Part shown: in pieces, positions 28,296-37,654 of the stretch
Layout: each line of letters opens with the position of its first letter
Position numbering within the stretch: the stretch's first letter is position 1
IMG/VR virus record: IMGVR_UViG_2671180547_000005
Strand: one strand, 5' to 3'
Length of the DNA: 39,501 nt
From: a virus
Lineage: Duplodnaviria; Heunggongvirae; Uroviricota; Caudoviricetes
Program-made: the position numbers and the translations under genes
The notes under the pieces: model-generated
What the model was told of the DNA's origin: nothing
The model's database searches: none
Seen by the model: the letters and a program-made list of their open reading frames with translations, nothing else

Positions 28296-28796
28296 TCAGA
28301 CTTTCGGCAAATCGTAACGACATAACCATTCATCCGCCGAACGGCGGGCCTCAAGACCGGGGAGTTTTACCCCCTTTGAATAAATCCAGCGGATATACTG
28401 CTTACAGGACGCGGGCATCTGCCCGGCATTGATAAGGCGCAGGAGCGTGGAGTTGCGAAAGTTCGTTTCACCGGCCCAGAAAATCCAGGAGGCCAGCGCC
28501 ACCGTCTGACCACGGGTAAGCGGCACCTGAACATGACGATCGATAGCCGCAAAGGCCCATTTCATGTCCTTTTCCAGCAGCTCCAGACACTCTTCATCAG
28601 TTTTTGTCATCCCCGGTTTCACATCCGGGCCGGTATGGCCGTAACAGATGGTGGGGGTGCCGGTGGGATCAATGTACGTGGTGTTTTCTTTCCCTTCCCA
28701 GTAGCCGGTGTAGTGCGTGGCAATGGTGAACGTCCCGGCTCCGGCCAGAACAAGGGCAATCAGCTTTTTACGCAGGGGTGCGGGGAGTTTTGGCAT
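28296..28796 (-). CDS. SAR endolysin (GH24 lysozyme, P21 R-like)
   Basis: 166 aa; hydrophobic N-terminal signal-anchor; motifs TICYGHTG and FRNSTLLRLINAGQ resemble SAR lysozymes. Confidence 0.8.
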   Translation of the reverse strand: MPKLPAPLRKKLIALVLAGAGTFTIATHYTGYWEGKENTTYIDPTGTPTICYGHTGPDVKPGMTKTDEECLELLEKDMKWAFAAIDRHVQVPLTRGQTVALASWIFWAGETNFRNSTLLRLINAGQMPASCKQYIRWIYSKGVKLPGLEARRSADEWLCRYDLPKV

Positions 28797-28867
28797 TGTT
28801 ACGCTGTCTCATGGTGTTCTCTGAGTCAGCGTAACCGTGAGGAAAAGGGGGCAGGATTTGCGGAATA

Positions 28868-29290
28868 TCAGAAAAGCCGTGGCTGCGTGCGTTCCTGATG
28901 CAGGCGACGCTGGTTGCGGATAACGGAGTAAATCTGCGTCTCTGACATCTGGTAGTGGCGGCGCAGGGTTTCAATTTTTTCGCCCTGGCTCCAGCGGGAA
29001 AAAATTTCATTATTGCGCAGTTCGGTGAAAAGGGATTCACCGACCGGGAGATAATAACCACGCCCGCCCATGTACCCGGCCTGTGCGGCTGCAACCTTAC
29101 GGGCAAGCATTCCCGCCTGAGCAGGTTCAATCCCCTGACGGTGCAGTTCAGCACTGATCACATCAACCAGGTCCCGCAGCGTGCCGGGCCAGTTCTTTTT
29201 CAGCTCATCATCAGGAATATCATCCAGACGGTCAATCAGCGCGTGCAGCTGTTCGCTGTCACCAAACATGCTCATCTGTGTTTCAGCCAT
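28868..29290 (-). CDS. mor: Mor/C-family transcriptional activator
   Basis: 140 aa with a C-terminal HTH; positioned upstream of the lysis and late genes. Confidence 0.65.
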   Translation of the reverse strand: MAETQMSMFGDSEQLHALIDRLDDIPDDELKKNWPGTLRDLVDVISAELHRQGIEPAQAGMLARKVAAAQAGYMGGRGYYLPVGESLFTELRNNEIFSRWSQGEKIETLRRHYQMSETQIYSVIRNQRRLHQERTQPRLF

Positions 29291-29360
29291 ACCCGCCTCC
29301 GGTCATCATTACACAGGGCAAGTTTAAAATAAAAATCCCGCGCTGTGGCGGGATTTGGGG

Positions 29361-29873
29361 TTAACGGGGGAATGATTTTTCATACAGCCTGCAAACACGC
29401 TCATAACTCATCACTGCACGTTCCGACATATCCAGGGCTGCCAGCATTTTGCGGCGGTGCCAGCGTTTGAGACGCTCCAGCACATCAGAGGCCAGCGCGG
29501 GTTGTTGCTCCAGCCACTGCCAGTTAGCCACACCTTCGCCGTCGTTCTGCGCGGCCGTCTGCGATTTCACCCAGCGGTTAAGGGCCGTTTCCCCGCCATC
29601 AGAGATAAATCCCTGCCGGTGCATCACTTTCCAGATGGCGCGAATTTTGGCGGTCACCGTACCCGGTTTTAAGGCCCGGTTAACCGGCTTCTGACGCACT
29701 TTAAAACCGCGTTTTTTGAAAACATCCAGCACGCGGGATAACTCACCGGGTGACATATCACGGCAACTGGATTTGCCGGTGGCTGCCAGCAGCGCGGATG
29801 TATAGGTATCATGGTCAAGCTGTAGATCGCGTTTTGCGACATGTATTAAGGTAATCAGGGAAGCGCGATTCAT
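29361..29873 (-). CDS. GemA-like protein (Mu gp16 family)
   Basis: 170 aa immediately upstream of mor. Confidence 0.5.
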   Translation of the reverse strand: MNRASLITLIHVAKRDLQLDHDTYTSALLAATGKSSCRDMSPGELSRVLDVFKKRGFKVRQKPVNRALKPGTVTAKIRAIWKVMHRQGFISDGGETALNRWVKSQTAAQNDGEGVANWQWLEQQPALASDVLERLKRWHRRKMLAALDMSERAVMSYERVCRLYEKSFPR

Positions 29874-29943
29874 TATCGTGGCTCCATAAAAAATGGGCGG
29901 TGTTACCGCACCGCCATGTCAATTAACATAAAAGGAAAAATCT

Positions 29944-30183
29944 ATGTCAGATATAAAAAATGCACTTGATGTTGCCGCATTCACAATGGCTGGAAATCTT
30001 ATGGTAACCCTGTTCGATAAGGGGCTGATTTCCCGTGAGGAGGCAATACATATTATCAATCTCGCTCAAAAAAACTCTACCCCGGAAAATGCAGAAGATA
30101 TCCAGGATGGCTCATATATTAATACCGACTGGCATTTCGACAATCTCCGGGCCTGTATGGGGATTACCGCTGAAAAAGATTAA
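29944..30183 (+). CDS. Hypothetical protein, opposite strand to the early operon (moron)
   Basis: 79 aa; AAGGA RBS; AT-rich; 3' end overlaps the convergent gene by 20 nt. Confidence 0.4.
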   Translation: MSDIKNALDVAAFTMAGNLMVTLFDKGLISREEAIHIINLAQKNSTPENAEDIQDGSYINTDWHFDNLRACMGITAEKD

Positions 30184-30451
30184 AAATTTTTGCATAATGT
30201 TCAGATGTAAGAATTGCTGAACCATCAACACCGAGCCTACGGCGAACGTATTCCTCGCGGGCTATTTTATTATCCAGAGATACAGCATCCTTAATCAGGT
30301 TAATCTCCCGCTCCATTATCAAAAGGGCTTCTCTGGCTGCAAGATTTTCTTTTATCGCATATTCGATAATGTCCCGCATACGTTCAAGCATGCCGATTTT
30401 AGCCAGTTCTTCGTCGATAGATTTAGGCGCAAATTTGATTTCTTTTTCCAT
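30164..30451 (-). CDS. Hypothetical coiled-coil protein in the AT-rich moron
   Basis: Start taken at ATG giving MEKEIKF with an upstream GAGGA; about 95 aa. Confidence 0.45.
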   Translation of the reverse strand: MEKEIKFAPKSIDEELAKIGMLERMRDIIEYAIKENLAAREALLIMEREINLIKDAVSLDNKIAREEYVRRRLGVDGSAILTSEHYAKIFNLFQR

Positions 30452-30452
30452 A

Positions 30453-30596
30453 TTATTCATCCTCACAATTTATACATGCAGTGTCGTCGCCCATATCGCA
30501 GTGGTTACATTTTATCTCACCACAATGTGGGCACTCTTTCAGATACTCCGGGTCCTCATTTCCACAGGTGGGACATTCAACAATTTGCTCATCCAT
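30453..30596 (-). CDS. Small zinc-ribbon protein (four CxxC pairs)
   Basis: Unlisted 47-aa ORF MDEQIVECPTCGNEDPEYLKECPHCGEIKCNHCDMGDDTACINCEDE. Confidence 0.45.
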   Translation of the reverse strand: MDEQIVECPTCGNEDPEYLKECPHCGEIKCNHCDMGDDTACINCEDE

Positions 30597-30921
30597 TATG
30601 TATCCCCTGTAATTCCGGCAAGGCCGAAAGATGGCACCAGTGCGTCACCTGTCCGTCCTCATCTTCAAGGCAGGCTCCGGTTTCTTCATCAATAAAAAAG
30701 CCTTCATACCCCATATGGCCGATGCGCAGTTCCTGTTGGTCACCATACTGAACAATCAGCACGACAGCCTCCATATCAGGCGGAAATGCGTCATCCAGTG
30801 AATGCCAGGGATAACCGCGCAAATCCCCGAAATAAACGCCGGTCAGCGTTCCGCCACAGAGCGGCATTCCGGCGGCACACACAAGAGGTTCATCTGATTC
30901 AACAAATAAGGTCGTTATCAT
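30589..30921 (-). CDS. Hypothetical early protein
   Basis: 110 aa; operon position. Confidence 0.4.
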   Translation of the reverse strand: MITTLFVESDEPLVCAAGMPLCGGTLTGVYFGDLRGYPWHSLDDAFPPDMEAVVLIVQYGDQQELRIGHMGYEGFFIDEETGACLEDEDGQVTHWCHLSALPELQGIHNG

Positions 30922-31469
30922 GGCGTTAACTCCCGTAATACAGCGTCCTCGGCAGTCCGGCGACGGTAATAAACTGCGTGAGCAGAATGTTCAGATATTC
31001 CAAACTTTTCGCCAATTTCCCGGAATGACAGACGGCGTGGGTAATCGGAATCACGCAGCTCACGTATAAGACGTACATCATCATCAGATATGCGCGTGCC
31101 GGGGCGTAACTCTCCGCACTTTGTTAATCCAGCACCAATCATTCCTGCCCGACATCTGACAGAATCTTTATTACGTCCGAGATATTCTCCCATTTGCTGG
31201 CAGGTCATTGTTCTGGCATTTTTTCGAATAAACTTATCTTCATCAGGTGTAAATCTTGGGTGTTTATATTTCAGTAACTCCGGGTATGAACTGCGCAATA
31301 CACCAGTCCGGTTATATACAGCCCAGACAGTTCTTTTTATTCTGGCAGCAATATCCTTAACCGGGGTGGATGAATAAAGCGCAATCAGCAGCGCATCTTC
31401 TTCAGGTGTCCACGGACGGACATGAGCGGGGGCGCGACCTTTTAGTCCCATGGGTTGTAATTTCATCAT
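30918..31469 (-). CDS. Putative DNA-binding regulator with Myb/SANT-like repeats
   Basis: 183 aa; repeated W-x-x-EED and FTPDED motifs and a C-terminal HTH-like segment. Confidence 0.4.
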   Translation of the reverse strand: MMKLQPMGLKGRAPAHVRPWTPEEDALLIALYSSTPVKDIAARIKRTVWAVYNRTGVLRSSYPELLKYKHPRFTPDEDKFIRKNARTMTCQQMGEYLGRNKDSVRCRAGMIGAGLTKCGELRPGTRISDDDVRLIRELRDSDYPRRLSFREIGEKFGISEHSAHAVYYRRRTAEDAVLRELTP

Positions 31470-31472
31470 GCA

Positions 31473-31988
31473 TCACCCCCTGACTCGCTTTTCAGCAGCA
31501 TAAAACTCATCAGACAGTATTTCGGTCATTTTCTGTTTTGCGGGTTTTACGCCGCACTGAAGGTAAATCACATCGTCAACGCAGAACCACTTCACAGGGC
31601 CAAACAGGATTGCCGAGAAATCAATACCCAACCAGAACAACAGCGCATCGGTTCTGGCATACGTGACGGGCGAATATTCACGCCACAGACTGTTCAGTTC
31701 ATCAGAGGCAACACGCAGGGTTTTAGGGATACGTGATGTGCGCGGTGTGCAGCTCCAGCCATTCGACGCAGTCGGTTTTCGCCATAAGTCGCGATGAAAA
31801 GGATATTTGTCCTCCGTAAAACGCAGTCCCTTAAAGTAAAATCCACTGATACCGGATACAAATACCGACCGGCACGCAACATTCAGCACGGCCTCAAGGC
31901 GTTTTGCCTCATCCTTAACTTTCTGGCAGTCCTGCTGGTATTTTTGCCACGCAGCCAGCGCGGAAGGGTTTGATGTTTTAAAGAACAT
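31473..31988 (-). CDS. Hypothetical early protein
   Basis: 171 aa; operon position. Confidence 0.4.
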   Translation of the reverse strand: MFFKTSNPSALAAWQKYQQDCQKVKDEAKRLEAVLNVACRSVFVSGISGFYFKGLRFTEDKYPFHRDLWRKPTASNGWSCTPRTSRIPKTLRVASDELNSLWREYSPVTYARTDALLFWLGIDFSAILFGPVKWFCVDDVIYLQCGVKPAKQKMTEILSDEFYAAEKRVRG

Positions 31989-32521
31989 TACGCCACCTCC
32001 GCAGATATCCCGGCAGGCGCTGCTGTCCGGTCAACAATCAGGTAGCGCAGAACATGTTCAGTGATATTCCAGCCGCTTAAACCGCAGATAATGACGCCCA
32101 GGCGTATGTCGATATACGCCATCACAAACTGGGGCACGCCTTCTTTCATGGCCTGCTCATCAACTTCAGCCACCACATAAACGGTTTCACAGGTCAGAAC
32201 GCCCTGAGCAAATTCCCACGCCATCGACGGAATATCATGCCCCTCAATCCATGGCAGGGATTTTCTGAAGCCGCACCACTGAACATCATCAGCCGCAGAT
32301 TCCTGGCTGCATTTGCGACGAACCGGCTGCACCGGGCGGGGACGCGGAATATCATAAAAACCGTTACATTCCGTCAGCACGCCTGCATCAACCGCATCAC
32401 GCAGAAAATAAACCATGGAGGATGGCGGCATATTCATTTTTTCAGCCAGTACACCGCAGGTCAGGCGGCCATAAATACACAGCCAGTTTTTAACCCCTTC
32501 AAGCACTTTTGCATCAATCAT
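31988..32521 (-). CDS. Hypothetical early protein
   Basis: 177 aa; operon position. Confidence 0.4.
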   Translation of the reverse strand: MIDAKVLEGVKNWLCIYGRLTCGVLAEKMNMPPSSMVYFLRDAVDAGVLTECNGFYDIPRPRPVQPVRRKCSQESAADDVQWCGFRKSLPWIEGHDIPSMAWEFAQGVLTCETVYVVAEVDEQAMKEGVPQFVMAYIDIRLGVIICGLSGWNITEHVLRYLIVDRTAAPAGISAEVA

Positions 32522-32666
32522 GATTTATTTCCCCACCACATTATTAATGACGATATAAACGTATTTCATATTTCTTAACCCTTATTTTCTGTTTTCAGGC
32601 GCAAGCAGTCCCCTGACGCGAGCGCCATAATTAAAATGAAGTGATATTTAATTGATTAATGCGGTG

Positions 32667-33197
32667 TTATTTATTCAGTCCGGCGTCCTGTTCAAAAGGC
32701 TCGACATAAAAACTTTCAGCGCCTTTATTCACCTTGATACCGGCAATGCCTTTCACAGCATCCGGCTCCGCCAGGACGGCTTCCTTGTTCACTTCCTCTT
32801 TCGTGCGGATGAAACGCTCAAGCCCCATACGGCGCAGCATTTCAATCACACCTTCCACATCACGGCTGACGCTGCATGATGGCGTTCCCAGCCGCCATGA
32901 CACCGTTCCGGTGGTCAGATTGGCTGTTTTGGTTTTGCCGCCGTTCGTCAGCTCATCACGGTTGGTTTTGCACCAGTCCTGAATCCCTTTAAAAAGCACT
33001 TTGATTTGCTTTTTAAGATTTTCAATCTGCGGCGTATAACGGGCGGTGATTTCTGCCACTTCGTCATTCATCGCCGTTTCCAGGCGCAGCGCCTCTCGCT
33101 GAATATCTCCCAGGGTGCGGATATCACGGCTGACTTCTTCCCGGGTCTGCGGTGCCGCCTCGGCTGCGGCCTTTAATTTTGTAACGCGTTTAGCCAT
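32667..33197 (-). CDS. gam: Gam-like host-nuclease inhibitor (DNA-end binding)
   Basis: 176 aa; recognisably similar to Mu Gam (RLETAMNDEVAEI, DELTNGGKTKTANLTTG, FIRTKEEVNKEA). Confidence 0.8.
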   Translation of the reverse strand: MAKRVTKLKAAAEAAPQTREEVSRDIRTLGDIQREALRLETAMNDEVAEITARYTPQIENLKKQIKVLFKGIQDWCKTNRDELTNGGKTKTANLTTGTVSWRLGTPSCSVSRDVEGVIEMLRRMGLERFIRTKEEVNKEAVLAEPDAVKGIAGIKVNKGAESFYVEPFEQDAGLNK

Positions 33198-33208
33198 TTT
33201 GTTTTTCC

Positions 33209-33502
33209 TTATTGCAGTGTGCCTGATGCTTTATGCACGCGGTGGCGTTTAATGATGGCATCCGCTCCAAAAGACTGTGCAGATGCCTGAAATTCCGCTG
33301 AGAGAAACTGAATAATTGCAGGACTGTGATACTGGAGAATACTTGCATAAACGTCACAGAGTGACGTCGGCCTGTTATCCGTATCACGTTCTGTTTTCAC
33401 ATCCACTCCAATCTTTTCATGCACTTCAACACAGTCATTGCCTGCCAACTTTTCGTCATGCGAAACATGATTAAATTCAAAAATAACGCGTACTTTGCTC
33501 AT
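33209..33502 (-). CDS. Small early protein, paralogue A
   Basis: Start at the internal Met giving MSKVRVIFEF; N-terminus parallels the adjacent gene. Confidence 0.45.
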   Translation of the reverse strand: MSKVRVIFEFNHVSHDEKLAGNDCVEVHEKIGVDVKTERDTDNRPTSLCDVYASILQYHSPAIIQFLSAEFQASAQSFGADAIIKRHRVHKASGTLQ

Positions 33503-33506
33503 GGAA

Positions 33507-33779
33507 TTACCCCTGTTGATTAAATTCATTACCGTTAATAACCCCGGAAGCCATGCCTCTGTCTTTCATGAATGCACTGGCTTTCATTGCCACAAACTCT
33601 GCGAAGTTTCTGCTTTCTGCCAGCATAACCACCCCAAAAATCATGGCGGGTCCATTATCTTTCTTCTTTATTCCGGTTGAACGTATATCCAGACTTACCC
33701 CTCTGTGCGTGCTGCCATCAGAGTTTTTGCAGATAACATCTTCCTTGTATTCGAAAATAATGCGTACGACTTTACTCAT
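33507..33779 (-). CDS. Small early protein, paralogue B
   Basis: 90 aa beginning MSKVVRIIFEY. Confidence 0.45.
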   Translation of the reverse strand: MSKVVRIIFEYKEDVICKNSDGSTHRGVSLDIRSTGIKKKDNGPAMIFGVVMLAESRNFAEFVAMKASAFMKDRGMASGVINGNEFNQQG

Positions 33780-34057
33780 CCTCTGGTCCTCGTTCTGTTT
33801 GGATAACTGACCCGGCGTCTAACCTCACGGCAGAACCGAATCATGGCATTAAAGGCTTCTTCCTCCGTCACCGCTTCCGGTATCCCCGGAACCAGTAACT
33901 GCTCCTGTTCATCACGTCCATGACGCGCCATAACCTCAATCACATGCCGTACCGTGGCAGGCTTTCCGGCAACTATCGGCAATGCACCTTCCGGCAGGAC
34001 GTAACCAAACTCAATAAGACCACTCGACCACGCCCATGCAATGAGATTTTTTTTCAC
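33776..34057 (-). CDS. Hypothetical early protein
   Basis: 93 aa; operon position. Confidence 0.4.
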   Translation of the reverse strand: MKKNLIAWAWSSGLIEFGYVLPEGALPIVAGKPATVRHVIEVMARHGRDEQEQLLVPGIPEAVTEEEAFNAMIRFCREVRRRVSYPNRTRTRG

Positions 34058-34058
34058 C

Positions 34059-34325
34059 TCACACCTCCCAGTAAACCGTGCAGCCGCTGATGCGGGTGGC
34101 CTTCACACGGCGGCGCAGGCCGTTGGTCTGTATGGTGATTTCAATTTCACCGGTTCCCTGCACGTTGCCTACCGGCGGCGTGGTTTTCAGTGCAAAACGT
34201 TGCGGATAGCGCTTACTGCGTTCCAGTACCGCACCGGCAAGTTCGGTCAGACGGCGCGCGCTGTTCAGGGAGTCGAATAAATTCATTTTGTTACCGCAGG
34301 ATTGCATATTCATATAACACCTCAT
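34059..34325 (-). CDS. Hypothetical early protein
   Basis: 88 aa; operon position. Confidence 0.4.
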   Translation of the reverse strand: MRCYMNMQSCGNKMNLFDSLNSARRLTELAGAVLERSKRYPQRFALKTTPPVGNVQGTGEIEITIQTNGLRRRVKATRISGCTVYWEV

Positions 34326-34553
34326 TTAGCTGACTTGTTTCGCACCAACAGAACGGCATATTCCGCTGTAAACTTCTGTCGCACCTTCGCGATCAAGTCC
34401 GGCAGATATCACCATTCGTGTGCGGTCATTAAATTCAAAAAGTAAATCGCCACATTCTTTATTTTCGGCCAGTGAAATCACCTTCACGTTATCGAAATTA
34501 ACCAGGTAAAAGCGTCCGTAAATATCAGGAATATTAAATACCGCCATAATCAC
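34326..34553 (-). CDS. Hypothetical early protein in the position of Mu kil
   Basis: 75 aa directly downstream of the B-like gene; positional analogy only. Confidence 0.35.
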   Translation of the reverse strand: MIMAVFNIPDIYGRFYLVNFDNVKVISLAENKECGDLLFEFNDRTRMVISAGLDREGATEVYSGICRSVGAKQVS

Positions 34554-35491
34554 ACCTGTGAGAGTAATTCAGGGTTGGTATAAACCTCTTTAAAGGCCGC
34601 ATTAATATGTTTTTCTGTCAGCGCCGCGCCTTCACCGCTGGCGGTGAGCCACGCCTGGTTAAGCGTATGTGTCAGAACGCGTAACGCTCCCGGCTTTTCA
34701 GCGATAGCCTGCATGACGGCCAGCTCGGCCTCACCACTGATCCCCCACGCCATGGCAATGGCCAGCACATCCGCCTTTTTGGCCTTGCGAAGTTGTTTTG
34801 TACGGGCAAGACGGCTGAACAGGCGCGATAAATCATCAAAGGCGCGGCGTCCACCTTTAAACAATCCGCGCGGGTTACCAATAAGCACCATCCCGATCCC
34901 CGTGGCGTCCTGAATTGCCCGGAGTTGCTCCAGACCGTCAATACCAAGATGATCCGCCTCATCCACAATCACCAGTCCACGCGTTCCCATCAGGCGACGG
35001 CGGATGGCGCGGGATAATGCCCCTTTGTTCGCGCGGGTGTAATCAATCCCCAGCGCATCGGCCAGCTCCAGCAGACACTCCGTGACGCTGGAGTGCGCGG
35101 GTGACAGGGTGATCATCCAGGTGTTTGGTTGCTCCTGGCAGTAATTACGGGCAGTGGCCGTTTTACCCACACCCGGTACGCCCACAATAACGTTAATACA
35201 GCCCATCAGGCGAACCGCCTGAAACAGTGCGCGCAGCTCCTGGACTGTCTGAGTTTCCACAAACTGCGGCGGTTCCGGCAGTGCGCTTTGTTTATTCCAG
35301 TTCTCATACCAGGAGCGCAGGGAAGCAGCCACAGCAGCGTTATCGCCTTTATATTTTCCCTTACGGAAAGCCGATAATGTGCCGTCGGAAATTCCCGCCT
35401 CTCTGGCGATGGCATACTGCGTCAGTACGCCGCCATCAATAAGTTCATCAATGGTCTTGATTACATCGTTAATATCGGTCATATTATTCAC
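34550..35491 (-). CDS. MuB-type AAA+ ATPase (transposition target DNA activator)
   Basis: 313 aa; Walker A GVPGVGKT; clear similarity to Mu B. Confidence 0.85.
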   Translation of the reverse strand: MNNMTDINDVIKTIDELIDGGVLTQYAIAREAGISDGTLSAFRKGKYKGDNAAVAASLRSWYENWNKQSALPEPPQFVETQTVQELRALFQAVRLMGCINVIVGVPGVGKTATARNYCQEQPNTWMITLSPAHSSVTECLLELADALGIDYTRANKGALSRAIRRRLMGTRGLVIVDEADHLGIDGLEQLRAIQDATGIGMVLIGNPRGLFKGGRRAFDDLSRLFSRLARTKQLRKAKKADVLAIAMAWGISGEAELAVMQAIAEKPGALRVLTHTLNQAWLTASGEGAALTEKHINAAFKEVYTNPELLSQV

Positions 35492-35564
35492 CTCGCTTGA
35501 GACAGCATTCTCCGAGACTGAAACCTCAAATAACCTGAGTCACCCCTCGGGTTATTTTTTTATT

Positions 35565-37652
35565 TCAGGCCAGCGGATCACTTTCTTTTAATTTCGCTTC
35601 GAGCAGTTGCAATCCCCGCTGGAAATTACGCTCGTATTCTTCATCAGGTTCATCGTCAGCGACCGGTTGCTGAACGGTCACCGTATTACCCACAGGGCGG
35701 TATATGTTTTCCAGCCAGGGCTCCTGCGGCTTGTGCTCCAGCACGTTGACAACCTCATCCTCGGCATCACGGATTTTTTCCTCTGCGCGTTTACGCATGC
35801 CTTTAAGGCGCTGCTGCTGTTTGTAGTATTCCGCGCTGACAGGGAAGGCTTCGCGTTTATTGCCGTCCCATACCGCCTCGCAAATCACGCTGCCATCCGG
35901 GCGGCGCACGGTAATTCGTTCGGCATCATGAATGTCATAGCTGATAAGTACCTTACGGCCATGCTCGTCACGCAGCTCGGGCGCGTAGTAAATATTATTC
36001 AGCCAGCGTATTTCACAGCGTCTTACAGGGCGCTCCACCATCGGCCGGAACATATCCCGCAGTTCAACATCGGACAGCCATTCAATTTCCGTGTCCTCTT
36101 CCGCCAGGCGTTTTTTTCTGAACTCCGCCGGGCTGTAATGTTTACCGTTCGGCTTCATGGGTAATTCATCGTGCGGCCGGTTGTTGTACCACTCAACACC
36201 GTCACGAATGGCATCAATCAGTTCAGACCAGGACGGTAAATCACGCATCGCTGACTGCTGCCGGGCGTTCAGCCGTTTGCCCTGTTGCAGGGCACTGAAT
36301 GCCGAGCGTAAATCGCGGTTGGTTTTACGTAACGTCTCGCGATCTGCTCCTTTCCCGAAATAGGTGCGGTATTTACGGGCTATGCGCATCGGTAATGTGC
36401 GGTTAAGCCGTTCGATAATGCCCCGTCCCTGCGGATTACCGGCAATCCCTGTCGGGTGATTAATCCCCAGTCGTGGCAGTATCCCCACAATCTCCTTATC
36501 CAGGACGTCGGCGGTTTCCCCGGAGCCATTATCCGAGTAATACAGAAACGGTTTGCCATGATGGCGAATACCGTGCTGTATGGCACCGGCTACGGCGAAA
36601 ACATTTTCAGCCAGGTCAAGGCTCCAGCCCACCACAAAGCGCGTGCCACCGTCGATAACAAAGGTCACTTCCGGTGCGAATGGCCGCCCGTGAACCGGGT
36701 GCGCGCATTTCAGCTTCATGCCGTGACCGTCACCAATCCAGACATAATTCACCGGCATTCTGGACCAGTCGCGGCGCGTGAATCCCTCAAGCTGACGGTA
36801 TTCACTGCCAGTTACCCGGCCTTTTTGTTTCACCACTTCCGGCAGTTTCTTCATTGCGCGGCGAATGGTGTCATAAGAGGGCATGATATCGAGCATATAA
36901 GGCTCATCAGCGTGCCGGTGCTGCCATTCAGCAACAAAATCCTCGTAAGCCTCGGTCATTGGTCGGCCGTTTGACTGGCGATACTGCGCCAGAAATTCGG
37001 GCAGCCAGTTAATATCTTCGGCTTTTATTTCCTGGCGTTTACCCGGTGCCAGTAAAAGCAGGCGTTCAGCGGCGTTCTGTGCCTTGTTAAAGGCCGCAAT
37101 CCAGCGTTTCAGCGTGATTTCACTCAACGCGCGGCTGTTTCCCTTTTTGGCGTTCGCCGTCTCAACCATTGCCACAATGCGCTCGTCCAGTTGTGATCGT
37201 GCCAGGCTGTTAACGAGGAACCGGATAGCTTTAGCGCAGCTGAAACCGGGTTGTTGCGTGAATTTCAGCACCTCACTGACGATCGCAATGCGTGCGTCTG
37301 CCACCTGGCGCTGGTTTTCAGTCAGGGCATTGAGGCGTTCGACCATCAGTTGTGGTGATCCGCGATATGCCTCCACCGCATCAACCACGGCAGACGAGCG
37401 TCTGGCCTTTGTCACCACCGGAGCCGGTGATTCATCGGCTTTTTGCGTCATCAGTTGCAGGGCATAACGTTCGCGTAATGCCTGCTGTGTCACTTCAGGT
37501 AAACAGTCAATGCTGTATTCAAAACCTTTAGCGCCTTTCTTGCGGCGTCTGCTGGTTTCGCTGGTTGCATACTTCCTGATTGAATAGCGAACGCCTTGCT
37601 CCGTTCCCGGCATCCCCGGTAATCCAACCAGTTCTTTAACTGAAGCAAACAT
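35565..37652 (-). CDS. Mu-type DDE transposase (MuA-like)
   Basis: 695 aa; follows ner and precedes B as in Mu. Confidence 0.85.
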   Translation of the reverse strand: MFASVKELVGLPGMPGTEQGVRYSIRKYATSETSRRRKKGAKGFEYSIDCLPEVTQQALRERYALQLMTQKADESPAPVVTKARRSSAVVDAVEAYRGSPQLMVERLNALTENQRQVADARIAIVSEVLKFTQQPGFSCAKAIRFLVNSLARSQLDERIVAMVETANAKKGNSRALSEITLKRWIAAFNKAQNAAERLLLLAPGKRQEIKAEDINWLPEFLAQYRQSNGRPMTEAYEDFVAEWQHRHADEPYMLDIMPSYDTIRRAMKKLPEVVKQKGRVTGSEYRQLEGFTRRDWSRMPVNYVWIGDGHGMKLKCAHPVHGRPFAPEVTFVIDGGTRFVVGWSLDLAENVFAVAGAIQHGIRHHGKPFLYYSDNGSGETADVLDKEIVGILPRLGINHPTGIAGNPQGRGIIERLNRTLPMRIARKYRTYFGKGADRETLRKTNRDLRSAFSALQQGKRLNARQQSAMRDLPSWSELIDAIRDGVEWYNNRPHDELPMKPNGKHYSPAEFRKKRLAEEDTEIEWLSDVELRDMFRPMVERPVRRCEIRWLNNIYYAPELRDEHGRKVLISYDIHDAERITVRRPDGSVICEAVWDGNKREAFPVSAEYYKQQQRLKGMRKRAEEKIRDAEDEVVNVLEHKPQEPWLENIYRPVGNTVTVQQPVADDEPDEEYERNFQRGLQLLEAKLKESDPLA

Positions 37653-37654
37653 AA

